Positions 1 through 9,225 of a stretch of DNA of 36,138 nt are shown here, in pieces (position 1 is the first letter of the stretch; each line of letters starts with the position of its first letter). Position numbers and translations under genes: made by a program. A model generated the notes under the pieces. That model was not told where the DNA came from and did no database searches. It saw only the letters and a program-made list of their open reading frames with translations. Source of the DNA: Promethearchaeati archaeon (GTDB taxonomy: Archaea > Asgardarchaeota > Heimdallarchaeia > Heimdallarchaeales > Heimdallarchaeaceae); NCBI GenBank assembly GCA_013166775.1, contig JABLTJ010000033.1, forward strand, positions 1 to 36,138. Reading direction: 5' to 3'.

Positions 1-695
1 ACTACTTCTGCTAATGTCCACCCCGATAGAGGTCCCCAACGTTTATAGAAAATATCCCAACTTAATCCAGAACCATCATAATTAGAATAGTCCTCCCAAA
101 CAACATGTATATTCTGGAAAAGATCTATCACTATTTGCGGTTGTTGGGAATTCTAATCACTCTCTTCTGATACTACTTTGGTTGTAGTCCATGAAGAAAT
201 AGTAGCATTCCACATTTTATAGAAAATATCATAATCACTTCCCGCACTATTGTAATTTGATTGATCCTGCCATACAACATGCACATTATCATAGATATCA
301 ATTGCTACATCTGGTAGAGTACAAAAACCAGTACCTTCGGTTGAAATAACCTCAGTAGTACTCCAACCTAAACCTGGTCTCCGATATTTGTAGTATATTT
401 CTTCAGTTGATCCTCCTAATCCTGAGATATCTTTCCAAACCACGTGAACTTGATCTAGTGAATCTATTGCAAAGGAGGGAGCAGAAGAGTCATCTATACT
501 TTCACTTGAAACCAATTCTAAATCTGACCATCTCCATGTTGAAAAATCATTATATTCCAAATTAAAGTTTGAAGTATTTTCTTCTTGGAGAGCATTAATA
601 GTTTTGCTAGCGTTGATAAAACTTGTACAAAGTATCAGAACAATTAGAAAATTCATACAAATTAAATAAAATCTATTTTTACTCATTTTTTTCAC
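1..695 (-). pseudogene. Secreted repeat (beta-propeller/BNR-like) surface protein interrupted by an in-frame TAG at 153-155; runs off the left edge
   Basis: N-terminal hydrophobic signal and ~60-aa repeats (P.xAID..d.vHVVW.D......dIfYk). The same frame continues past the TAG with a third repeat, NSQQPQIVIDLFQNIHVVWEDYSNYDGSGLSWDIFYKRWGPLSGW. Confidence 0.7.
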
Positions 696-803
696 CCATT
701 TTTACTAAAATCGTTTAGAATACGATTATTTTAGAGTGATACATAAACATTTTGTGAAATAAAAAATAGATCTAAGACCAAATAGAGATAAGCATATGAC
801 CTT

Positions 804-1358
804 CTATTTATCTGCAATTTCCAGTTGATTAACTACCCAAGTAAAGGCTTCAATTACACCACTACCATAGAGAATGCTAGCATCAAAGATTGCGAAAGTT
901 CTTTCAGACATATCAAGATGCAAACCAAGTAATTGAACAAGTAAAGGAGCTTCAACCGAACCTGGTAGATCTTGCTTGTTTGCAATCACTAGAACTGGAA
1001 CATTATCTAGTTGTGGATTATTAAATACATGCGATTTTAGAATATCACGAGCTTCTGGTAAAGATTCGATATCTGCTGCATCAATAACAAATACGACTGC
1101 AGAAGTTCCTGGATAGTGAGTATCCCATAAGAATCTAAAATCCTGTTGACCTGCAACATCAATTGTAGTGATTTTCCATCCCTCGAATTCTATAGAGTCT
1201 ATATTTTGCCCAATAGTTGGAATAGTATCACCTACAAATTCTCCATACCGAATATATTTTGTTAAAGTAGTTTTTCCTGCAGCAGCTAGACCTAGAATTA
1301 ATACTTTAGCCTTTTTTTCCGTTTTTGTTCTTGAAAACAAATTAGCAAACAAACTCAT
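804..1358 (-). CDS. Arf-family (Arf/Arl/Sar-like) small GTPase
   Basis: G1 GLAAAGKTT, G2 PTIG, G3 DVAGQ followed by FRFLW, G4 NKQD, G5-like DASI. N-terminal amphipathic segment MSLFANLFS. Confidence 0.9.
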   Translation of the reverse strand: MSLFANLFSRTKTEKKAKVLILGLAAAGKTTLTKYIRYGEFVGDTIPTIGQNIDSIEFEGWKITTIDVAGQQDFRFLWDTHYPGTSAVVFVIDAADIESLPEARDILKSHVFNNPQLDNVPVLVIANKQDLPGSVEAPLLVQLLGLHLDMSERTFAIFDASILYGSGVIEAFTWVVNQLEIADK

Positions 1359-1450
1359 CTTTTGAATCCCTTTTTGTGAGTTTAGATACTGTCTAAACTA
1401 TATCTTCTGAACAATTCTATGTTCAAATAAAAATACGAACGAAGTATTTA

Positions 1451-1999
1451 ATGTTTAGTATTCTCCTAGTAGAAGCATCAGCAATTAAATCCATTCCAAA
1501 AAAGAAATATATAATTGAAATAAATTGCATACATTCTTATATTTTGACATTTAGGAATATTTATTCAATAAAGATGATTTGCTTGACAAAGACAAATGTA
1601 GCTTCTTGTGAAAATGAAGTCACTGTTTCAGAAATTTCCGAAAATCAAAAGGGAAAGAAGATAGTTTATTTTAATAGTATTAATTTTTCTTTAGGTATTA
1701 TTCCAATTATCGTATTAACTTCGCTTTCTATAAGAATTTTGATCGTATCCAGATTTAGTGGTATAGGTTTTGCTTTAAAATCAATGATTATTATTGCTAG
1801 TATTTCCCTATTCTTTATTATACTTGGATTGAAAATAATTCAAAAAACCATCTTCAGAGACAATAATGCATCTCGTTCAGATTTATTGCTTACTTCAGGA
1901 CTATCAATAATAGCTTTGGAAATATGTATTCTGCTTGTGGCTATAATTATTGCATTAATCTTAGGTTTCCCTCTTTTCTTTTTAGGATACTTTGACTAG
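1451..1999 (+). CDS. Hypothetical membrane protein (~3 TM); true start may be near 1574
   Basis: Three long hydrophobic stretches in the C-terminal half; no recognisable family motif. Confidence 0.6.
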   Translation: MFSILLVEASAIKSIPKKKYIIEINCIHSYILTFRNIYSIKMICLTKTNVASCENEVTVSEISENQKGKKIVYFNSINFSLGIIPIIVLTSLSIRILIVSRFSGIGFALKSMIIIASISLFFIILGLKIIQKTIFRDNNASRSDLLLTSGLSIIALEICILLVAIIIALILGFPLFFLGYFD

Positions 2000-2109
2000 T
2001 AAATCTGTTTCAAAAGCATAATTTTTCTTACAATAGAAGAAGAAAGACTCAAAATGGCTCTGATTTTATTAGAAATGAAAAGAGAATAAAAAATGAAAAG
2101 AATTTCATT

Positions 2110-4296
2110 TCACAGATGATTTTCCAGAAGTTCTATAATATCTGGAAAATCCATCCCCAATTTTTTCATCTTTTGGATTGTTGGAACACCGTTATTTGTC
2201 CATCCTCGTCGCTCATAAACTGCATTCTTTAGTTTTTCATACGATGCTTCTCTATGTTTTCTGATTGCATCCATCTTTTCTTTAACGCTCATACCTTCAG
2301 GATTAAGTCCTAATTCCTCTTTTAGTTGTTTGAGATAGTATTGTTCTTCTCGAGAAAGATATTCTTCTTGCGTAACAGGTCCCATCGCACGATATGGGAT
2401 ACAATCCATCTCTCTATATGTTACTCCTTCAGGAATAAACATCAGATTCAATGCTCTTTGGAAATTGTAAACTCTTTCACTCATTCTAATGTATTCTACA
2501 GAGTTAATATCTTTCCCAGTGACAGCGTTATAATAAATTACATAATTTAAAACGTGCTCTGGAATCTTTGCAGGATCTGTCAAATCATCTGGAACATAGG
2601 CACCATCTTTTCTTATTTTTCCTTCTGCAAAATCTCTATTGTCTTCTGGTACTACGTCATTCCAAGGTAATTTGCAGAGACCCAATAAACCAAAGCTTGT
2701 CCTCCACATAGGGAACCAATGCAGCGCTTCTGCTTTCTTCTCGAATGTGGGAAGATTTCCTCTTACCATATCTTCGAAAATGAGCCAGGCTTCGTCATGT
2801 TGTGCTCCTTTCAGAGTAAAGCCATACCCACCCTGTTGTGCTAAGGATTCCTTTGTCATATATTCACTGAATTCTAATCCTTTACTTTCCATTCCAATAT
2901 CATTCAACATATTAATATCAGCACCAAGTTCCTCAGCGAATTGTTTCTTCATTATTCTAACTCCTTGACCTACTACAGCCCCAAATCCTTCTCCTCTTGC
3001 CATTTGGTGTAGAAGTTCTAGTGCAGCTTCATGGTTTCCCCAGTTTAATTCCAAACCTCCTGTTTTAACTTTATTGAGGATACCATATTCATAACATTCC
3101 ATAACAAAAGCTACAGCTGTTCCTAAACTAATTGTATCTACTCCATAGTTATCACAATAAAAGTTAATTTCAATGATCGCTTCAGGATCCCAGACGTACC
3201 AATTCGACCCTACTCCAGCAATAGTCTCATACTCAGGTCCATCAACACTCACTTTTTCTCCTTTATATGGTCCTGTAGAGCATTCGAAGTCTTTAACTCC
3301 ATGAGTGCAAGCTACTGCACATCCTTTCCAGCAAGGATCAGGTCCTTTTTCAAACAATTGTCTATATACTTCTCCTCCAATTTTCTCTGATTGTGGATCA
3401 CTTCCAAACTTGAAATTTTTTGTAGGTAGAAGATCATAATCATTCATTATAGGTATGAGATGAGTTGTGCCTATCATTCTCATTTCATTCTGCTTGGGAT
3501 CAAGTTGAACCATCTCTTTTGTGTGTTTCTTTCCAATTTCCTTGAGAGTTTCGGGATCAGCAGGATTATTTCCTCTTGTAACTACATCGAGTTTTCTGAC
3601 TACAAGAGCTTTCAGTTTTTTATTTCTGAATACAGTTCCAGTTCCTCCTCTACCTGCTTGTTTATATCTCGCATATCCTCTTCTTGGATCATAATAGCTG
3701 AAATTCAAACAACCCATTCGACTATTTTCTGCTCCAGGTCCAGCGGAAACAACAGAGACATCTCTCTTATTTCTTTCTTCTCCACAGTATTTGTCTGTTA
3801 AAATTGTTCCAATTTTGTAGGTCTCTGATGGTAGTTCTTCAGCTTCTTCAATTATAATTTTACCATTTTCTCCATCAATGTAAATGTAAATTTCTTTTTC
3901 CGATTTTCCTTGAATTGCTAGTACATCAAAACCAGAGTATTTTAGAAAGGGTCCAAAATATCCGCCTACATTGGAGTCAATTATTAGTCCAGTTAATGGA
4001 GATACAGCTGTTACAATACTCTTTCCAGATCCTGGAAAATTCGTTGTTCCTCCTAATGCTCCAGCTGCTATGCACAAGACATTATCTGGATCATCCCATT
4101 CAGTTTTTTTATCTTTTGGGAGATATTTCCACATCATATACAGATCAAAACCTTTACCTCCGATGAACTTGTTTTTCATCTCTTTAGTTACATCTTCTAT
4201 CTTAATCTCATAAGTATTCAAATTGATGTACAAAGCCTTGTTAGCATATCCTTTATCCATAATAGGAACTTCATACTTAAATTCCTTTAATTTCAT
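2110..4296 (-). CDS. Aldehyde:ferredoxin oxidoreductase family (W/Mo-pterin, 4Fe-4S)
   Basis: FIGGKG, AGRGGTGTVF..KKLKA, CWKGCAVAC, GPEYET, DTIS, GLC motifs. Start set at ATG 4296 (SD-like GTGAT); the ORF track extends to 4353. Confidence 0.9.
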   Translation of the reverse strand: MKLKEFKYEVPIMDKGYANKALYINLNTYEIKIEDVTKEMKNKFIGGKGFDLYMMWKYLPKDKKTEWDDPDNVLCIAAGALGGTTNFPGSGKSIVTAVSPLTGLIIDSNVGGYFGPFLKYSGFDVLAIQGKSEKEIYIYIDGENGKIIIEEAEELPSETYKIGTILTDKYCGEERNKRDVSVVSAGPGAENSRMGCLNFSYYDPRRGYARYKQAGRGGTGTVFRNKKLKALVVRKLDVVTRGNNPADPETLKEIGKKHTKEMVQLDPKQNEMRMIGTTHLIPIMNDYDLLPTKNFKFGSDPQSEKIGGEVYRQLFEKGPDPCWKGCAVACTHGVKDFECSTGPYKGEKVSVDGPEYETIAGVGSNWYVWDPEAIIEINFYCDNYGVDTISLGTAVAFVMECYEYGILNKVKTGGLELNWGNHEAALELLHQMARGEGFGAVVGQGVRIMKKQFAEELGADINMLNDIGMESKGLEFSEYMTKESLAQQGGYGFTLKGAQHDEAWLIFEDMVRGNLPTFEKKAEALHWFPMWRTSFGLLGLCKLPWNDVVPEDNRDFAEGKIRKDGAYVPDDLTDPAKIPEHVLNYVIYYNAVTGKDINSVEYIRMSERVYNFQRALNLMFIPEGVTYREMDCIPYRAMGPVTQEEYLSREEQYYLKQLKEELGLNPEGMSVKEKMDAIRKHREASYEKLKNAVYERRGWTNNGVPTIQKMKKLGMDFPDIIELLENHL

Positions 4297-4374
4297 TTCA
4301 ATCACTTGTTTGATAGTTTCTTCATGTGATTTTAAATTTATTCCATAAAACATGAAAATCTTTTGCTTTTTTTG

Positions 4375-4390
4375 GGTTATATAAAGTTTG
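4375..4390 (-). promoter_or_regulatory. Archaeal TATA box upstream of the AOR gene
   Basis: Minus strand reads AAACTTTATATAACCC, nearly the same as the box upstream of the biotin carboxylase gene. Confidence 0.5.
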
Positions 4391-4440
4391 GAACAACGTT
4401 TTTAAGGAACTAAAACAGTTTTAGGTAATTCACTTTAGAA

Positions 4441-6063
4441 GTGAAAAATATGAAAACGAAAGTAAAAATATTCAGTTTAATATTAGTTTTATCGTTAATG
4501 TCTATATTTCTTCTTCTTCCGAACGAAAATATAGTTGCTACACCTCGTACAGAGGATTTCGAAATCAGGTTTAAGGATTATACAGATCAGACACCAATTA
4601 TCATAACGCATGACGATAATTTTTCCTTATATCCTATTACAGGGGCTGGATCACCCTTAGATCCTTATCGAATTGAAGATTTCAACATAACTTCAATTAC
4701 AGAAGCGACAGCGATTTCAATATCTCATACAACCAAACATTTCATCATAAAAAACTGTTATCTCAGACCAACTACTACAGGTATATATCTAAACAATGTA
4801 ACTCAAGGAACTGCACAAATAGTAGATAATATCGTTGAAGGCATCTCTGTAAGTTCAGGTACAGGTATTTTTGTAAAATTAACAAATTCAACAATTATTG
4901 CGAATAATACTTACCTTAACCCATTAGAACATTCCGCAGCTTTTGATATAGAATATGCTCATCACACAGTTATTTTCAATAACACAGTCCAAGATATTTC
5001 TTATCACCATGTCACAAGCTTTTTGTCAGTGTTTAGCTCAACTGCAGTTACAGTAACTAAGAATTCTGCGAATAATCTAGCTTATGGAATTAGTTTTTAT
5101 GAAGGCAATAATGCCATAATAGCAAACAATAGCTTCTCTGTCTGTTCGAATACAGCCTTATCTCTCTACGTATGTCCAGATACAGTGATTGACAATAACT
5201 ACTTTGAAGACTGTGGTTTCCAATCAATTGATGTATTTGATTCTCCTTCAAATATAACTAATAATGTTATTATCAATAGAGGTTTAAGAATCGTAAACTC
5301 AGACAACTCACTTTACAGATTGTACCGAGTAGAAAATAATGAAGTAAATAGTAAAGATTATGGATATTTCATTGATACCCCCGATATAACTCTTGTTTCA
5401 AGCATGTATTCCCAAATTTTCGCTCTGAATTGTTCAGATATGATTATTGAAAATTTCAATACAAATAACATAGGTTACGTAATTATCTTGCGGGAATGTT
5501 CAAATCCTTCGATTACTCACTGTACTTTCAATTATGCAACTTATCCCGCTGTGCTTCTTGATAATTGTTCAACTCCAGAAATAGCATATAATCTATTTTC
5601 AAATTGTGAACAATGTGTATCTATATACAAATCAGATTTTGCAAATATCCATTATAACACCTTCATATATCAGTACTTTGATGCTCTAATGGTTGAGGAT
5701 TCTCACAATGCTACAATTACATATAATCTCTTTCAAGAAGGAAACACTGGTTTAGGAATCTATTCCCTTGCTTCGAATAATTCTATTCATCATAATACTT
5801 TTCACTACAGCTCAGCTTATGATGCTGGAACTGACAATATTTGGTATGACCCTATAACCCAAGAAGGTAATTACTGGTGGGATTACATTGGTAGTGGAAA
5901 TTATACAATACCTGGTTCCTCTAGAGCTAATGATACATATCCTTTAACAACCCCCCCAATCCCAATAATTGCAGAATTCGGAAATAGTTTCAAATTAACA
6001 TATCTACTTCTATTGATACCTACTATTATTGCTATACCTTATATAAGGAAAAGAAAGAAGTAA
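4441..6063 (+). CDS. Parallel beta-helix (NosD/pectin-lyase-like) cell-surface protein with C-terminal TM anchor
   Basis: Signal peptide, PIIITHDDNF..G.GS..DPY.I, Asn-rich beta-helix repeats, GNYW.D, D.YPL, C-terminal TM plus RKRKK. Confidence 0.8.
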   Translation: MKNMKTKVKIFSLILVLSLMSIFLLLPNENIVATPRTEDFEIRFKDYTDQTPIIITHDDNFSLYPITGAGSPLDPYRIEDFNITSITEATAISISHTTKHFIIKNCYLRPTTTGIYLNNVTQGTAQIVDNIVEGISVSSGTGIFVKLTNSTIIANNTYLNPLEHSAAFDIEYAHHTVIFNNTVQDISYHHVTSFLSVFSSTAVTVTKNSANNLAYGISFYEGNNAIIANNSFSVCSNTALSLYVCPDTVIDNNYFEDCGFQSIDVFDSPSNITNNVIINRGLRIVNSDNSLYRLYRVENNEVNSKDYGYFIDTPDITLVSSMYSQIFALNCSDMIIENFNTNNIGYVIILRECSNPSITHCTFNYATYPAVLLDNCSTPEIAYNLFSNCEQCVSIYKSDFANIHYNTFIYQYFDALMVEDSHNATITYNLFQEGNTGLGIYSLASNNSIHHNTFHYSSAYDAGTDNIWYDPITQEGNYWWDYIGSGNYTIPGSSRANDTYPLTTPPIPIIAEFGNSFKLTYLLLLIPTIIAIPYIRKRKK

Positions 6064-6064
6064 A

Positions 6065-6472
6065 CTAATTCTCTTTTCTCTTTTTTTTAGGTTCCCAAAG
6101 TTCTATTTTATTCCCTTCAGGATCCATAATCCACCCAAATTTCCCTTCTCTATTATCTTCAATCTCATCAAAAACATTGACGCCTTCATCCCTAAGAATA
6201 GCAAGTATTTCTGCTAGGTTTTCAACCGTGAAATTAAACATGAACTCTTTTTTACTTGGTCGCATATATTCCGTATCTTCTTTGAAAGGACCCCAGAGCG
6301 TATATCCTTTTCTTTCTTCATCAGCTTGTTTTTGCCAATCAAAGATAACGTATGATTCGTCTGGTTCTTCCTCAACAATAGGTACTCCCAAATGTTTAGC
6401 ATACCACTCTTTTAATTTCTCAGGATCTTCTGATTTGAAGAAAATTCCTCCTATACCTGTTACTCTTTTCAT
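6065..6472 (-). CDS. VOC/glyoxalase family protein
   Basis: MKRVTGIGGIFFKS..P..L..WY..HLG and GKFGWIMDPEGNKIELWEP. ATG 6472 is preceded by AAGGTG. Confidence 0.85.
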   Translation of the reverse strand: MKRVTGIGGIFFKSEDPEKLKEWYAKHLGVPIVEEEPDESYVIFDWQKQADEERKGYTLWGPFKEDTEYMRPSKKEFMFNFTVENLAEILAILRDEGVNVFDEIEDNREGKFGWIMDPEGNKIELWEPKKKRKEN

Positions 6473-6484
6473 TTTGAACACCTT

Positions 6485-6886
6485 TCAGAATTTTTCATGA
6501 CCTTTAGGTTTTCCTTCCTCATAAAATGCTTGTATCTCAAGCAAGTAACCATTAGGATCAATATAGAATGCATTGAATATTTTATATTTTGGAGTTTCCT
6601 TAGGTGGATGTTTTACTCTTACATCTTTCATTTGTAAAAAATTATACCAATCAATAACATCTTCTTCTGAATCCACAACCAGAGTTAGAACAACTTCTTC
6701 AGGAGTTTTAGGTGCATTCTCTGTTTCACAGAATCCCCAATAACCATATTTTCCCACATTGTAAATAACACATCGGTTTTGTTCTAAAGCTAAAGGAAAC
6801 TGAAGAAATTCTTCATAGAACGCTCTTGTTTCCTTCATCTTATTTGTTCTTAAAAAAGTGATTGGATATATCGGTTTCTTTGTCAT
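6485..6886 (-). CDS. VOC/glyoxalase family protein
   Basis: ITFL.......FYEEFL and FY.DPNGYLLEIQ. Confidence 0.85.
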   Translation of the reverse strand: MTKKPIYPITFLRTNKMKETRAFYEEFLQFPLALEQNRCVIYNVGKYGYWGFCETENAPKTPEEVVLTLVVDSEEDVIDWYNFLQMKDVRVKHPPKETPKYKIFNAFYIDPNGYLLEIQAFYEEGKPKGHEKF

Positions 6887-6940
6887 AATTGGAAAATAAA
6901 TCTCAATCTTTTGAGTTTTTGCATTTGAAAAAAAACTAAT

Positions 6941-7525
6941 TTACTTTGCAATAACTTGATTTACTGCATCAAATATACTATCATCGAAAATTGATGTTGT
7001 GATATATTCAATGTTATCATATTTCTCAAGTTCTAAGAAATCTTTAATTGTTGAAACTACTTTTTCTCTAACTTTCTCTTTTACTAGGTCAATTTTATGA
7101 GCTAGAACGCATATTTTTGCTCCCTTACTATATTCATTAACATTCTCCACTGTCCTTCTGAAGAATTCTCTTGCACTAGATAATTGATCAGTATTGACTG
7201 TATCAACGATAAAGAAAACAGCTTTTGTGTTTGAGAAAATACTCTCTTTTAGAGTTGAATAAGTTTCTTGCAAGTAGTTCAATTGCCCCCCCAAATCAAA
7301 AACACTAAGAGATAATCCTGAAAAATCTATTCGTTTTCTATTAAATCTAACAGTAGCGAGAAAATTTGATGTTTCTTCAGGCATAACTCCTTCAAAAACA
7401 ACTTGAATAATTGAAGATTTACCAACTTGTGATAATCCAGTAAAGAGTAGTTTGTATCTTAATTCATCCTCTGATTCAATAATCGAAGATTTTTCTTTTT
7501 CTAATTTTTCTTTGAGAAAACTCAT
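6941..7525 (-). CDS. Rag/Gtr-like small GTPase (G domain only)
   Basis: GLSQVGKSSI..VVF, ATV, DLGGQ, the Rag-type G4 HKID and G5 TTSI. Confidence 0.85.
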   Translation of the reverse strand: MSFLKEKLEKEKSSIIESEDELRYKLLFTGLSQVGKSSIIQVVFEGVMPEETSNFLATVRFNRKRIDFSGLSLSVFDLGGQLNYLQETYSTLKESIFSNTKAVFFIVDTVNTDQLSSAREFFRRTVENVNEYSKGAKICVLAHKIDLVKEKVREKVVSTIKDFLELEKYDNIEYITTSIFDDSIFDAVNQVIAK

Positions 7526-7595
7526 TCATGAAAAAAAGTAATTTGGAACATAAAAGCCTTTCTAAAATGAAAAACTCAAGTTGAACACATAGATA

Positions 7596-7852
7596 TCATG
7601 CTAGAATATCATCAATAGCTTCAAAAATTGATTTCTCATAAATTGAAGTTGGATATATTTCTACATTCTCTAAACTACTTATATCAAATAGACTAGATAT
7701 TGCATTTATTGTCTCCTCTTTCTTATTTTTGGATATCAAATCCATATTATGTGATAAAACAACTACTTTCACTCTTTTTTTGAATTCTTCAAATTCTTCA
7801 GCAATCTACGAAAGAACATCTTTGCTATTTCAAAATCCTCTGAATTACTCAT
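7596..7852 (-). pseudogene. Frameshifted, 5'-truncated paralog of the adjacent Rag-like GTPase
   Basis: Hand translation gives MSNSEDFEIAKMFFRR, a frameshift at ~7804, then IAEEFEEFKKRVKVVVLSHNMDLISKNKKEETINAISSLFDISSLENVEIYPTSIYEKSIFEAIDDILA*. This is collinear with the neighbour's AREFFRR...VLAHKIDL...TTSIFDDSIFDAV. Confidence 0.8.
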
Positions 7853-7974
7853 TATAAATTTACAATATCCAAAGCATTATAAGAAGAGTTTTAGTTGAAA
7901 CCAGAACCAAAAAGAGAATATTTGTTTTTTTCAACAGCTTTTAATAACAAAAACCATTCTTTGTTTTGAATCCT

Positions 7975-9219
7975 ATGACTACAGATTCCTCTATCAATTT
8001 CGAACTCTGTGTTGTTTGTAAAACTTCCAGAATGTTGTGTGGTAGAAAATCTTGCTCCTTATTACAAAAGTGGTCTAAGGAATATAGCATTGAGAAACCT
8101 ATAATTAAGAAACTTGATGAATCTTTCTCTCCTCCATCGTTTTTTGTTAGTTGGGGAAACTATCCATACGCTACAGCTGGACCTATGTTAACTATTGACA
8201 GAATTGGATCTGAATCAATTGACAACTCAGATAATTGGTTAAGTAGAACTCAAGAAGAAATAGTAAAAATGAGAGTATCACTCTTTAGAACAAGAACCAG
8301 ATTGAATCTCAAAAGACCATTAGATTCAGATATAATTCAAAAGAGTCAAGAATTGCTCCTTGGAAAGAATTCTGTTGACGTAGAAGTCAATCTAATGAAA
8401 AATATTATTCCTGCAATAAAACTTGATGAAAGATCAGCTCCAGCAGGTCCTATAGCTCATATCGATAAGTTGAGAATCACTGAAAATCAGTCACCAATTC
8501 CAGCAATAGAGAAAAGCTATTATGATTCTGATTTGCTTGCAGTTGATGCTGTTGAGTATTTAGATAAAGAGAAGATTGATGTTAGCACAATTATCAGAGT
8601 CTTCAGTGCAGGGATGCTTGGTAGAGAACAGAACAGAAAACTCGTTCCAACTAGATGGTCAATTACAGCAGTTGATGATATAGTTTCAAAACAAAACATA
8701 GAGAGAATAAAGAAATTTCAAGAAATAGGAGAATATAGAATATTTTCTTACAATTATTTTGGCAATTATTACTTCATTCTACTGATTCCAGATGTATGGT
8801 CGTTTGAGGTTATTGAAACATGGTTTAGTGGAGCTTTTATGAATCCAAGCCAAATAGATATAGGTCTTGGAGACTGGGAAGGATATAACGGTAGAACTGA
8901 ATATGCTTCAAACGTCACAGGAGGTTATTATGCTGCACGTCTAGCAGCTACTGAATACTTACTAAGAATACAAAGACAAGCACAAATACTGGTCTTCAGA
9001 GAAATAACAAGTGAATACAAATTTCCATTAGGAGTATGGGTTGTTAGAATGGGTGTTAGGGGGGCTTTCGAAAGAAATTATGTAATTGCTGACAGCATAG
9101 ATTCAGCATTTGCTCAAATTCCAGATTATCTTAAATATCCAATTAAATATTGGAAACATCGTTCAAGATTATATGAACTAAATAAAAACCAGACCAAATT
9201 AGATCAATTTTTTACGTGA
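7975..9219 (+). CDS. nreA: Nre family DNA repair protein with C-terminal PIP box
   Basis: N-terminal CxxC..LCG..C, SPPSFFV..GNYP, LVPTRWSITAVD, GGYYAARLA, PLGVWVVR, C-terminal QTKLDQFF. Confidence 0.9.
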   Translation: MTTDSSINFELCVVCKTSRMLCGRKSCSLLQKWSKEYSIEKPIIKKLDESFSPPSFFVSWGNYPYATAGPMLTIDRIGSESIDNSDNWLSRTQEEIVKMRVSLFRTRTRLNLKRPLDSDIIQKSQELLLGKNSVDVEVNLMKNIIPAIKLDERSAPAGPIAHIDKLRITENQSPIPAIEKSYYDSDLLAVDAVEYLDKEKIDVSTIIRVFSAGMLGREQNRKLVPTRWSITAVDDIVSKQNIERIKKFQEIGEYRIFSYNYFGNYYFILLIPDVWSFEVIETWFSGAFMNPSQIDIGLGDWEGYNGRTEYASNVTGGYYAARLAATEYLLRIQRQAQILVFREITSEYKFPLGVWVVRMGVRGAFERNYVIADSIDSAFAQIPDYLKYPIKYWKHRSRLYELNKNQTKLDQFFT

Positions 9220-9225
9220 GATACC

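Noticed and set aside
2110-4296. AOR as an acyl-reducing member of the synthase cluster
   Set aside because: It lies more than 6 kb away with unrelated genes in between, and AOR paralogs are common in anaerobic archaea.
6065-6886. VOC proteins as methylmalonyl-CoA epimerase serving the carboxylase
   Set aside because: They lack the N-terminal metal-binding His (DHIGIAV-like motif) and lie outside the cluster.
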